Assembly: GCA_040755995.1 (NCBI GenBank)
Contig: JBFMAF010000043.1
Span: 64,001 to 128,000, forward strand
Source of the DNA: Acidobacteriota bacterium
GTDB taxonomy: Bacteria > Acidobacteriota > CAIWXX01
Direction of reading: 5' to 3'
DNA length: 64,000 bases
Position 1 is the stretch's first letter. Each line of letters begins with the position of its first letter. Below are positions 36,337 through 45,789 of the stretch, one piece after another. Made by a program: the position numbers and the translations under genes. The notes beneath the pieces were generated by a model that worked only from the letters and a program-made list of their open reading frames with translations, ran no database searches and was not told the DNA's origin.

Positions 36337-37533
36337 CTAGCCCCTCTTCGCGAGCAGGTCGAGCCGGCTCGGAGCCTTGTTGTCCACGACCGAACGGATG
36401 CCGTCGAGAATCTCCTCGGGCTCGTGCATGGCGCCGCCGGCGTTGGGCACGAGCCGGATGCGGCACCCGTCGACGGCGCAGCGCTCGACCTCCCTGACCA
36501 TCTGTCCCAGGTTGATTTCAGGGACCACGAAGCCCTTGACGCGCGCCGACAGCTCCCGCACACGCTCCTCCGGAAAGGGCCACACGGTCTTGAGGCGCAT
36601 GAAGCCCACTTTCATGCCGGCTTCCCGGGCCAGCGCGATGGCTCGGGATGCGATTCGCGCCGAGATGCCGTACGACAGCACAACGACGTCGGCGTCCTCG
36701 ACGCCGCGTTCGTCGAAGTCGTAGATGTCGAATCGATGCCGGCGGATCTTCTCGACCAGGCGCCCGACCAGCTCCCGATGCGCGCCCGCCGTCATCAACG
36801 GATAGCCGCGCTCGTCGTGCGTGAGGCTCTCGACGAACACACGATACCCTTCGCCGGCGCTCGGCATGGGTGGTATCAGATCCTCTTCGGGCTCATAGGT
36901 CCGGAACTCGCCGGGCGGTTTCGTGGGGCGCTTCCGGTTCCATATTTCGAGCCGGTCCGCCGGCGGGATGATCACCTTCTCGGTGAGATGGCCGACGTCG
37001 GCATCGGCCATCAGGAGCACGGGCGTGCGATACCGCTCGGCGAGATTGAAGGCCCGCACCGTCAGGTCGAAGCACTCCTGTGCCGTCCATGGTGAGAGCG
37101 CGATGATCTCGTAGTGGCCGTGTGATCCCCAGCGCGCCTGCATCATGTCGCTCTGGCCCACGAGCGTCGGGAGGCCCGTGGATGGCGCTCCTCGCTGCAC
37201 ATTCACGATCACGCACGGCGTCTCCGTGATGAGCGCCAGTCCGAGGTTCTCCATCATCAGGGAAAAACCCGGGCCGGATGTGGCAGTCATCGTCTTCAGA
37301 CCCGACCACGATGCGCCGATGATGGCGGCCATCGACGCGATCTCGTCCTCCATCTGCAGATAGGTCCCGCCGACCTGCGGCAGTCGCTCCGACATTCTCT
37401 CCGCCGTCTCGGTCGACGGGGTGATGGGGTAGCCCGCGAAGAAGCGACAGCCGGCTGCCGGGGCTCCTTCGGCAATCGCATGATCTCCCAGCAAGAAGTG
37501 TTCACCCGTGAGAACCGCCGATCGTTCCGTCAT
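36337..37533 (-). CDS. korA: 2-oxoacid:ferredoxin oxidoreductase alpha subunit
   Basis: FAGYPITPSTE, QMEDEIAS, TATSGPGFSLM, QRG.PSTGLPT, PE.N.GQ. Confidence 0.95.
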   Translation of the reverse strand: MTERSAVLTGEHFLLGDHAIAEGAPAAGCRFFAGYPITPSTETAERMSERLPQVGGTYLQMEDEIASMAAIIGASWSGLKTMTATSGPGFSLMMENLGLALITETPCVIVNVQRGAPSTGLPTLVGQSDMMQARWGSHGHYEIIALSPWTAQECFDLTVRAFNLAERYRTPVLLMADADVGHLTEKVIIPPADRLEIWNRKRPTKPPGEFRTYEPEEDLIPPMPSAGEGYRVFVESLTHDERGYPLMTAGAHRELVGRLVEKIRRHRFDIYDFDERGVEDADVVVLSYGISARIASRAIALAREAGMKVGFMRLKTVWPFPEERVRELSARVKGFVVPEINLGQMVREVERCAVDGCRIRLVPNAGGAMHEPEEILDGIRSVVDNKAPSRLDLLAKRG

Positions 37534-37832
37534 CTCTCTCTCCTCGTCTCCGCCGGCGGCGCCCCCGAAGCTCGCGGCGTCTCCGGGATTCTGGGCACCG
37601 GGAAGATCGCATAATCCGGGCAGATCGTTTCGCAGAGATGGCAGACTATGCAAAGATCGTTGGCGACCTTGGGATAGCGGTATCCCTTGGCGTTGTAGTC
37701 CGCCGAGAGGCTGAGCACCTTCATGGGACAGAACTCGACGCAGTACTGGCAACCCTTGCACCGCGGCGCCAGCACCACAACCCTCCCGCGCACCGGGGGC
37801 GGCAGAGCTACAACAGGCGCCCGCTCCATCAT
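37530..37832 (-). CDS. korD: 2-oxoacid:ferredoxin oxidoreductase delta (ferredoxin) subunit
   Basis: RCKGCQYCVEFCP...NAKGY.YP...CIVCHLCETICPDYAI. Confidence 0.9.
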   Translation of the reverse strand: MMERAPVVALPPPVRGRVVVLAPRCKGCQYCVEFCPMKVLSLSADYNAKGYRYPKVANDLCIVCHLCETICPDYAIFPVPRIPETPRASGAPPAETRRER

Positions 37833-37921
37833 CCTGAGACTGCCCCGCCGGCGTACGCTCGCCAATCGCGAGACCGCCCGGCGGGCTCCAGCTCGCACAT
37901 CCTGTAACTACCCTTGTCCTT

Positions 37922-37950
37922 CGAGTAACATACGCATGAGTGTATGTCAA
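37922..37950 (-). promoter_or_regulatory. putative promoter of the kor/hdr/flx operon
   Basis: Minus-strand TTGACA-17 bp-TACTCG with a TGn extension. Confidence 0.4.
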
Positions 37951-38082
37951 GAACTTTCACTGTCGTTGTTGCGAAAAGTCACGCATTTCCATATGCTGTC
38001 CATATGGATTACGGGGCGAGGGCAGGGCGTGCGCGGGCGCATCTATCGCGTTCATGGAACTGCTGGAATGCGCATGGCTCAG

Positions 38083-38110
38083 TTGACGGCCGCCCGCGCC
38101 ATGGTAGGAT
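38083..38110 (+). promoter_or_regulatory. putative promoter of the GMC operon
   Basis: TTGACG-16 bp-TAGGAT with extended -10 TGG. Confidence 0.45.
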
Positions 38111-38131
38111 GCACCGTCGGAGGAACGCGGG

Positions 38132-39529
38132 ATGAACACCGGTATGTACGATGTGATCATAGTCGGTAGCGGTGTAGCCGGCTCGTTCATTGCACAGGAG
38201 CTTTGCAAAGACGGAGCCGGGTGCCTGATGCTGGAGGCAGGGAAGCGTTTCGAGAGCACGACGTACCCCAGGAACGAGCTCGATGCCAACTCGCAGCTGT
38301 ACTGGGGCGGGGGCATGGAGGTGAATCACGATGCCAGCATCGTGTTCTTGCGCCCCAAGGTCGTGGGCGGCGGATCGGTCGTGAACCAGGCTCTGGTGGA
38401 CCGCTTCGACGACATCGCATTCGATTCGTGGCGCGATGTCTCCGGGATCGGCTTCTTCAACAGATCGGACATGGCCCAGTGGTACGAGATGGCCGAGAGT
38501 GAGGTCGCGATTCAGGAGATCCCCGAGAAGTATCGAAATCGCAACGCTCAGATCTACCAGTCCGGATTTGAGAAGTGCGGCTACCGGTACGCGCCGCTGA
38601 GGAGGGCGCAGAAGGACTGCCGTTACGAAGACGGCAACGACTGCATCGTATGCCTGTCGGGCTGCCCGCTGGACAGCAAGCAGAGCATGCCTGCTACGAC
38701 GCTGAAGCGGGCTCTGGAGGCGGGGCTCGAGCTGGTAGCGGACTTCGAGGCCACGCAGGTCGAGGCCGTGAACGGGACGATTCGGGTACGCGGAAGGAGT
38801 CGAGCAGGCGAGGAACGTTCCTACGAGAGCGGCAGGCTCGTCACGGCGGCGGGCGCCATCGGCAACTCCAGACTGCTGCTCAACTCCGGCTTCGACAAGC
38901 GCCTTCCGGCCATCGGCCGCAATTTCTTCACACACCCCCAGTTCATGAACTTTGGGATTTTCGACGAGCCGGTGCGATCGCACAAGGGACCGTTCCAGTC
39001 GTTGAAGTCGGATGATCCCAACTTTCGCAAGGACGGGTTCAAGCTCGAGAACGTCTTCGCACCGCCGATCGGAATCGCCATGCTCGTCCCGGGGTTCGGT
39101 GAGAAGCACCAGGCGTGCATGAAGCGGATGGACCACTTCGCTTGCATCGAGATAGCCGTTAGAGACACGAACCCGGGGCGTATCCGCGTGGACAGACGCG
39201 GCCGGCCCGTCGTGACGAAGTCGATGAACACGGAGGACCGGGCGCGATACCAGCGGGGGCTGACCGCAGTCAACAACGTCTTCCGCGCCGCGGGCGCGAA
39301 GGAGATCATCAATGCCGGCTGGGCCATCGGGCTCCACCTGATGGGCGGGTGCTGCATCGGCACCGATCCGGCCCGATCCGTCGTGGATCCGGATTTCCGG
39401 TTGCACGGCCATCCAAATATCTATGCCGCGGATTCCAGCATCTTCCCGAATGCCCCTGGGATCAATCCCTCTCTCACTATCATGGCCCTGGCGAAGAAGG
39501 CCGCCGCTTCGATCCGAGGACGGAGGTGA
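38132..39529 (+). CDS. GMC-family FAD oxidoreductase
   Basis: VGSGVAG, VGGGSVVN, C..C.SGC, AGAI, HLMGGC, NPSLTIMALA. Confidence 0.92.
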   Translation: MNTGMYDVIIVGSGVAGSFIAQELCKDGAGCLMLEAGKRFESTTYPRNELDANSQLYWGGGMEVNHDASIVFLRPKVVGGGSVVNQALVDRFDDIAFDSWRDVSGIGFFNRSDMAQWYEMAESEVAIQEIPEKYRNRNAQIYQSGFEKCGYRYAPLRRAQKDCRYEDGNDCIVCLSGCPLDSKQSMPATTLKRALEAGLELVADFEATQVEAVNGTIRVRGRSRAGEERSYESGRLVTAAGAIGNSRLLLNSGFDKRLPAIGRNFFTHPQFMNFGIFDEPVRSHKGPFQSLKSDDPNFRKDGFKLENVFAPPIGIAMLVPGFGEKHQACMKRMDHFACIEIAVRDTNPGRIRVDRRGRPVVTKSMNTEDRARYQRGLTAVNNVFRAAGAKEIINAGWAIGLHLMGGCCIGTDPARSVVDPDFRLHGHPNIYAADSSIFPNAPGINPSLTIMALAKKAAASIRGRR

Positions 39530-39533
39530 CACC

Positions 39534-39941
39534 GTGACATCGACCTATCTGACTGCGCGACAACTGGCCGGGCTGATGAGAGCGGGCGAGATCCTGGCTC
39601 CAGGCGATGCCGATCTGCCTTCGTTCTCACGGCTGGGCTGCATCGAGCACGTGGATCGAATACTCGAGTACATGGGCGACAAGGACCTGGCGGATTTCGG
39701 CTCGCTCATGGGTGTCTTCGCCTGGCTGCCCGGGCCTGTTCTTCGAAGCATCCTCTGGCTGATGACCAAGAATCAAAGCATGCCGGGGTCGCTGGGGTTC
39801 AACCTGCGGATGCTCGAACTCGGCGTAAAAGGGGTCGTGATGACGCTTTACTACTCCGGGCTCAGCGGCGCCGGTTTCCAAGGGAAGAGCGTTTACGATA
39901 TCATCGGCTGGGACGCGAAGATCTGCACGCGCACGGAGTGA
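39534..39941 (+). CDS. small helical partner of the GMC oxidoreductase (gluconate-2-dehydrogenase subunit 3-like)
   Basis: GGAGG RBS, GTG start; L.PG...LPS and KG.V..LYYS...IGW pattern; operon position. Confidence 0.6.
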   Translation: MTSTYLTARQLAGLMRAGEILAPGDADLPSFSRLGCIEHVDRILEYMGDKDLADFGSLMGVFAWLPGPVLRSILWLMTKNQSMPGSLGFNLRMLELGVKGVVMTLYYSGLSGAGFQGKSVYDIIGWDAKICTRTE

Positions 39942-40020
39942 GCGCATCTTCGCCGGTCGGATCTCGTGGCCCGCGAGACAGACCAGTCCGTCGATTTCTT
40001 CTTCACCTGCGGAGTAGATT

Positions 40021-41532
40021 ATGAGCTCACAGCCACCTCCGAGAGAACCGACATCTGCTGAGCCCGCGGAATGCTTCCGGCGGGCCAGGGCCGCGTCGTC
40101 GCGGCTGCGCGGCACGCGAGTGCGCGAACGGTCCAGGCACATCGACGCGCTGGCCGGCGTGATCCGCAACCGCCGCGAGGCGATAATCGATCGAGTCATC
40201 AAGGAGACCGGCAAGTCACGCACAGATGCACTCGTGTCGGAGATACTGAGCGTTCTCGATCATCTGGTCTACCTGCGGCGATTCGCCCCCAAGATCCTGG
40301 CTGACAGAAAGGTGCACACGCCTCTGACGCTGATGGGCAAGCAGTCCTGGGTCTATTTCGAACCTCTCGGGATCGTGCTGGTCATCTCCCCGTGGAACTA
40401 CCCGTTCTACCAGGCGATCGTCCCGATCACGTCGGCGTTCGTCGCCGGGAACGCCGTCGTCTACAAGCCGTCGGAGTACACGCCGCTGCAGGGCCTGGTG
40501 GAAGAGCTTCTGCATGCGGCGGGGTTCGAGCCGGATTGGGTCCAGGTCGTCTACGGCGACGGCGCGACCGGGGCGGCGCTCATCGACGAGCGCCCCGACA
40601 AGATCTTCTTCACGGGAAGCGTGCGCACCGGCAAGAAGATCATGGCGCAGGCCGCACCGGCCCTCATCCCGGTCGAGCTCGAGCTCGGCGGCAAGGATCC
40701 AATGATCGTGTTCGAGGACGCCAATCTCAAGCGGGCTGCCGCGGGCGCCCTCTGGGGCGCGATGACGAACACGGGCCAGTCGTGCACATCGGTCGAGTAT
40801 CTGTACGTGCAGGAGTCGATCTATGAGGAGTTCAAGCGACGGCTGGTCGCCGAGGCGAACAAGCTCCGGCAGTCGCTCGATGCGGGGGACGATATCGACC
40901 TCGGTGGCATGACCACCGACTTCCAGTGCGAGATCGTACGCGAACAGCTGCGCGACGCCGCCGGGCGTGGTGCTCGAGTCCTCGCGGGCGGCGGAGGAAG
41001 CGAAGGAACCAGGATCATCCCGCCCACCGTGATCGAGGCGGTGAGCCCGGAGATGAGACTGCTCACCGAGGAGACGTTCGGCCCAGTCCTGCCGATAATC
41101 TCATTCGAGGACGAGGCGGATGTGATCCGTCGAGTGAATGAATCCGAGTACGGTCTCTCGGCCAGCGTTTGGACCGCCGATATCGAACGCGCGAAGCGCG
41201 TGGCGCGGGCGATCGTGACCGGAAACGTCTCGATCAACAACGTGATGCTGACCGAGGGCAATCCGGCGCTGCCCTTCGGAGGCACCAAGCAGAGCGGCTT
41301 CGGACGATACAAGGGCGAGTTCGGCCTGTACTCGTTCTCGAACATCAAGTCGGTGATCGTCGACAAGAACAGCGCGAAGATCGAGGCCAACTGGTACCCG
41401 TACACGAAGCGCAAGTACGAGCTGTTTTCGCGGCTTACCGACACGCTGTTTTCGAGGGGGATTGCTGCCTTCACCAAGTTCGCGATCACGGGATTGAAGC
41501 TCGAATCGTACGCGCAGAAGGGGCGCGAGTAG
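40021..41532 (+). CDS. NAD(P)-dependent aldehyde dehydrogenase
   Basis: PWNYP, KPSE, FTGS, ELGGKDP, GQSC, EETFGP, PFGG.K.SG.GR. Confidence 0.95.
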   Translation: MSSQPPPREPTSAEPAECFRRARAASSRLRGTRVRERSRHIDALAGVIRNRREAIIDRVIKETGKSRTDALVSEILSVLDHLVYLRRFAPKILADRKVHTPLTLMGKQSWVYFEPLGIVLVISPWNYPFYQAIVPITSAFVAGNAVVYKPSEYTPLQGLVEELLHAAGFEPDWVQVVYGDGATGAALIDERPDKIFFTGSVRTGKKIMAQAAPALIPVELELGGKDPMIVFEDANLKRAAAGALWGAMTNTGQSCTSVEYLYVQESIYEEFKRRLVAEANKLRQSLDAGDDIDLGGMTTDFQCEIVREQLRDAAGRGARVLAGGGGSEGTRIIPPTVIEAVSPEMRLLTEETFGPVLPIISFEDEADVIRRVNESEYGLSASVWTADIERAKRVARAIVTGNVSINNVMLTEGNPALPFGGTKQSGFGRYKGEFGLYSFSNIKSVIVDKNSAKIEANWYPYTKRKYELFSRLTDTLFSRGIAAFTKFAITGLKLESYAQKGRE

Positions 41533-41560
41533 TTGTCAGTTGTCGGTTGTCAGTTGTCAG
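41531..41560. repeat. heptamer tandem repeat (GTTGTCA)x4
   Basis: AGTTGTCAGTTGTCGGTTGTCAGTTGTCAG immediately after the ALDH stop. Confidence 0.8.
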
Positions 41561-41608
41561 ATGTGGTCAACGACTGTCCTGTGCCCAATCGGTGAGTCGG
41601 TGTTTCTG

Positions 41609-42823
41609 ATGACGGCGGGGTGGTCGTACGAACCGATGCGGGCGCTGGTGGCGCACGAGAGGCTACCGGTTGCGATCGTGGATCTTGATATTCTCGATGC
41701 TAACGTCGGCAGGCTGCGAGCGATAGCAGAGCGAGAGAACAAGCGTATCCGCCTGGCGACGAAGTCCGTACGCGTGCCTGCGCTGATCCGCTACGTCATG
41801 GAACAAGGCCGAGGCGTGATCCGCGGCCTGATGTGCTACAGCCTCGAAGAGGCGTTCCTGCTGGCTTCGCTCGATTTGGATGACTTTCTCGTTGCCTACC
41901 CGACGGTACGACGGGACGACCTGGAATCTGCGGAGAAGATCGTGCGGATGGGCAAGAGCATCGTTCTGATGGTCGACTCCGAGGCGCATCTATCAGCCCT
42001 GGAGGCATTCTGGGGCCGAACCGGCCTGCCGCCGCTTGCGGTGTGTGTCGACATGGACGTCTCGTACCGGCCCCTCGGCGGTGCGGCTCACCTTGGTGTC
42101 CGTCGATCTCCGATCCGATCCATCGACGACTTCTGTGCGGTGATCGCGGTTCTGCGCGAGAAGAAGCGCCTGCGACTCGCCGGTGTGATGGCCTACGAAG
42201 CGCAGATCGCCGGCGTGACGGACCGCAACCCTTTCTCGCCGCTCTTGAACCCGGCCAAGAGAATGATCAAGACGCTGTCGCGGCGGGACGTGGCGGCCAA
42301 GCGTGCTCGGGTCAGCCGGCTGCTCGAGCAGCAGGGCGTCAAGTTGGAGTTCTTCAATGGAGGAGGGACGGGAAGCATCAGAACTACGGCGCGCGAGCCG
42401 TGGATCACGGAGGTGACTGCCGGTTCGGGCTTTCTGCAGTCGCACCTTTTCGACTACTACCGGGCGAATGAGAATGCGCCTGCCTTCTGCTTTGCGCTGC
42501 AGGTGAGCCGCGTACCCGAGCCCGGTGTCGTCACGTGTCTCGGCGGAGGCTACGTCGCCAGCGGCGAGTCGTCGCCGGATAAGGCGCCGGTTCCATTTCT
42601 TCCGCGCGACTTGAAGCCGTTCCCTCGCGAGGGATTCGGCGAGGTCCAGACGCCGTTGATCAACGGATCGGGCTACGATTTGAAGGTGGGCGATCCGGTA
42701 TTCTTCAGGCCGGCCAAAGCAGGCGAGATCGCCGAGCGTTTCTCGGAGTACCTGCTAGTTCGGCAGGGGAGAATCGTCGATCGCGCCAAGACGTACCGCG
42801 GGATGGGCCACTGCTTCTTCTGA
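41609..42823 (+). CDS. PLP-dependent alanine-racemase-fold enzyme (D-amino-acid deaminase/aldolase-like)
   Basis: IRLATKSVR (PLP lysine), MAYEAQIAG, NGGGTGS, EVTAGSG, GEVQTP, KAGE. Confidence 0.88.
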   Translation: MTAGWSYEPMRALVAHERLPVAIVDLDILDANVGRLRAIAERENKRIRLATKSVRVPALIRYVMEQGRGVIRGLMCYSLEEAFLLASLDLDDFLVAYPTVRRDDLESAEKIVRMGKSIVLMVDSEAHLSALEAFWGRTGLPPLAVCVDMDVSYRPLGGAAHLGVRRSPIRSIDDFCAVIAVLREKKRLRLAGVMAYEAQIAGVTDRNPFSPLLNPAKRMIKTLSRRDVAAKRARVSRLLEQQGVKLEFFNGGGTGSIRTTAREPWITEVTAGSGFLQSHLFDYYRANENAPAFCFALQVSRVPEPGVVTCLGGGYVASGESSPDKAPVPFLPRDLKPFPREGFGEVQTPLINGSGYDLKVGDPVFFRPAKAGEIAERFSEYLLVRQGRIVDRAKTYRGMGHCFF

Positions 42824-42906
42824 CCGCCGCCGATGAACTCCTTGCGGTCTATCGCAGCCGTCTGATTTTCGTGCCCCCGCTTGTCGGCTTAGCGCTGAGA
42901 CTTCGA

Positions 42907-43143
42907 TCACTTTGTCAGGGAGTGCAGTCCGCCGCCAAGGACGAACAGCGTCCCACCGGCAAGCACCAAGATGATGCAGGGCCATACCGTGCGCCACCGG
43001 CTCATGAGGTAGTAGACCCACACTATCGGAACAAACAGCGATGCGACACCCCAAAGTGCCTCATCGTGCCTGAAGGCCAGCACGACCGTGAGCAACCATC
43101 CGACTACATAGAGTACCAGTCCGACCAAGGCCAATCCCCCCAT
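42907..43143 (-). CDS. small membrane protein
   Basis: GGAGG RBS; hydrophobic segments with AF.....WG...L.VP...Y...W. Confidence 0.6.
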   Translation of the reverse strand: MGGLALVGLVLYVVGWLLTVVLAFRHDEALWGVASLFVPIVWVYYLMSRWRTVWPCIILVLAGGTLFVLGGGLHSLTK

Positions 43144-43328
43144 CACCGCCCTCCTGGAAGGTCTCACCTGAACTATGCGCCCCTGGCGGGCCGGTGTCAA
43201 TCGTGTGCAGCGCGCTCACCGGTAGCGCGATTCCGCGCGCCCTTCAGATCCGTTTCGTGTACGCACGGCGTCCGGCGCGCTGTGTACTGGCCCGCGGCCG
43301 GAACCCGCGCGAGGTCGCACTCAGGATG

Positions 43329-43739
43329 TCAGTTGTTGGTTCTGTGATAGGTGATGGGGGACAACGGAGCTGAACGAACCCGGGCCAAAGTACCGTCTGG
43401 ATTCCGGGTGAAGGATGTCGGAGTCGTCTTGCTTTCACCGGTTTCGAAGCACTTGACCACGAAATCATCCGATCTTAGCGAGCGTCGGCCCCGCATTACA
43501 GCCGTACCTTGACCGATTGCTCTGCCGCCACTACACAGAGTGAAGAATGTGTCATAGAGAAGCAGCTGGACTGTGCCGTCGCCGTTGTCGGTAATCGAAA
43601 GGACCTGGTGGGAGCCATCATCCGGGTCAACTGACTCCCAGAGACCAACAAACCGGCCGATGCTTCCTTGCTCCGCCGCACCAGCCGCGGGTGCTGTGAG
43701 GAGAAGTAAGATGGCTGCCGTGATGAGCGTGTGTCTCAT
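43329..43739 (-). CDS. secreted beta-rich hypothetical protein
   Basis: AGGAGG RBS; signal peptide ending in PAAGA; FVGLWES; one Cys pair. Confidence 0.7.
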   Translation of the reverse strand: MRHTLITAAILLLLTAPAAGAAEQGSIGRFVGLWESVDPDDGSHQVLSITDNGDGTVQLLLYDTFFTLCSGGRAIGQGTAVMRGRRSLRSDDFVVKCFETGESKTTPTSFTRNPDGTLARVRSAPLSPITYHRTNN

Positions 43740-44100
43740 TTCCCTTGCCTCCTCCTATTGTGAGTGTTTGACGCGCTCATAGCGGACGGGCGTCAACGAG
43801 TTCACCTTCCGAATGTCCGGCTTCCGGATCTCTACCTTCACCATCGGCGCCGTTGAATGTGAACCTACCGGCGATCACGCCGCCGCTGACTGTGCCAGTG
43901 AAGCCCTGTGTGCAACGATAGGTATTTCCCTGGCCTGTGCTGTTGCGCTCGATGGTTGTCAGATTGCGGCTGACGCTGCCGCGCAGCTGATTGCGGCCAA
44001 GTCCTGGGCGACAGGTCTTCCAAGCATCGTGATTCTCCCTCAGGCCGAAAGGGAGCCCTTGACTATGAACGTGCGGCGTTCGGCGGTAGATCACGGCTGG

Positions 44101-44129
44101 AGTGTAGGGCTGACGTGCCCTGATGTCAA
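44101..44129 (-). promoter_or_regulatory. sigma70-type promoter
   Basis: Minus-strand TTGACA-17 bp-TACACT. Confidence 0.55.
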
Positions 44130-44193
44130 CTGATCCTGGAAGTCGGAGTCGGGGTCGGGGGCGTCAGACTCGGCCTCCGCCAGGGGTCGCGGG

Positions 44194-45681
44194 TCAGCAC
44201 GTGAACAGCCGTGCGACCTCGGACTTTAGCGTCTTGCCCATCGCGTTGCGGGGCAGGGAGTCCAGCAGAACGGCGCGTCGAGGGACCTTGTACGGTGCCA
44301 GCCGGGTGCTGGACCATGACTTCAGCGCTTCGGGATCGAGATCGCTGCCCGGGCGAAGCTGGACAGCGGCGGCGACCACTTCGCCTAAATGGGGATCTGC
44401 CACACCCACCACCGCGCAGTCGTCCACGTCGGGGTGAGCTCGGAGGACCTCTTCGACTTCCAGCGCGGACACTTTGTAGCCGCCGGTCTTGATGATATCG
44501 ACACTGGCCCGCCCCAGGATGCGATGGTAGCCGTCCTCTACTGCTGCGACGTCGCCCGTGCGGAACCAACCGTCGTGAAAGGATGCCTGGGTGGCCTTTG
44601 GCTTGCCCCAGTATTCCAAGAAGACTCCGGGTCCCTTCACCTCGATCTCGCCTGCCACACCGGGCTCCACAACCGAGCCCCGTTCGTCGACGATTCGAAC
44701 CTCGACCTGAGGGAGCGGCCTGCCCACAGTGCCCGGGCGCCGCTCGCCGTCAAGCGGGTTCGATAACGCCATGCCGATTTCGGTCATACCGTAGCGTTCG
44801 AGCAGCTCCATACCGCTGATCGCCCGCCACTTCTCGAAGAGCTGCACGGGCAAGGCGGCCGATCCCGAGACCATCAGGCGGAACCGGCGGCAGGCGGCCG
44901 ACATTGCCCTGCGTCGCCCCGGCGGCGATCGATCCCACGCGGCCGCCAGCCTCGCGTACATCGTCGGGATTCCCATGAACAGCGTGAGCTGGCCCCTCGC
45001 GAACCGTTCCCAGACCTGCTCCGCGTCGAACTTCCCCTGCATCTCACATGACGCGCCCGCCCACAGCGCGCAGGTGAGAACGTTGATGATGCCGTGGATG
45101 TGATGGAGCGGCAGAGTGCAGAGGATGCGATCCGACTCGGTCCATCCCCACGCACCGGCGAGCGTTGTCACCTGCGCCTGGATGTTGCGATGCGTGGTCA
45201 CGACCCCCTTGGGCTTGCTCGTCGTGCCGCTCGTGTACACGATCATGGCGCGCCTGGACGGACACACATCCGGGAGCGTCCCGCGGGCGGCCCCTTCCGG
45301 AACGTCACCGATTGTCAGCGAGCGCAGGCCACGCGCCTCCGCGATGGGTCGCAGCTGCGCTTCGCAGCTGCGGTGTGTGATCACCATACCAGCACCGCAA
45401 TCGTCGACGGCGTACTCGTGTTCGGTCCGGGTGTGCAGCGCGCTCAGCGGTACCGCGATTCCGCCCGCCCTCCAGATCCCCCACTGAGCCGCCGCGTAGT
45501 CGAAGCTCGACGGCACGAGATAGGCGACCCGCGCTTCGCACAGATCAGCTGCGCCTGCGAGGAGGAGCGATGCGATCGCGTGCGATGCGTCCAACAGATT
45601 CTTGAACGAAAATGCCCCTCGCGAATCGACGATCGCGATGCGATCGCCGTGTGACTCGGCCTGACCGACCAGCGGGATCAC
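44194..45681 (-). CDS. acyl-CoA synthetase (malonyl-CoA synthetase MatB/ACSF3-like)
   Basis: YTSGTTSKPKG, LPLHHIHG, ERYGMTE, WFRTGD, GGYKVSALEVE, PRNAMGK. Confidence 0.9.
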   Translation of the reverse strand: MIPLVGQAESHGDRIAIVDSRGAFSFKNLLDASHAIASLLLAGAADLCEARVAYLVPSSFDYAAAQWGIWRAGGIAVPLSALHTRTEHEYAVDDCGAGMVITHRSCEAQLRPIAEARGLRSLTIGDVPEGAARGTLPDVCPSRRAMIVYTSGTTSKPKGVVTTHRNIQAQVTTLAGAWGWTESDRILCTLPLHHIHGIINVLTCALWAGASCEMQGKFDAEQVWERFARGQLTLFMGIPTMYARLAAAWDRSPPGRRRAMSAACRRFRLMVSGSAALPVQLFEKWRAISGMELLERYGMTEIGMALSNPLDGERRPGTVGRPLPQVEVRIVDERGSVVEPGVAGEIEVKGPGVFLEYWGKPKATQASFHDGWFRTGDVAAVEDGYHRILGRASVDIIKTGGYKVSALEVEEVLRAHPDVDDCAVVGVADPHLGEVVAAAVQLRPGSDLDPEALKSWSSTRLAPYKVPRRAVLLDSLPRNAMGKTLKSEVARLFTC

Positions 45682-45789
45682 TATGCGCTAGTCCTTTCGC
45701 CACAGGACCTTCGAGTACGAGTCACCGCAGTGGGAAGCCGACTGGGTGACGCTTGACGGGCGAGACGCTGAGTGCCAAGTCCGGTCTCC

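Noticed and set aside
37455..37475. Pro in KorA motif EGAPAAGC (usually a hydrophobic residue)
   Set aside because: A single substitution that may be a sequencing error or tolerated; not enough to call inactivation.
43777..44094. 105-aa ORF downstream of a good promoter
   Set aside because: The RBS-linked ATG is in another frame and stops early; probably a decayed gene, with no supportable product.
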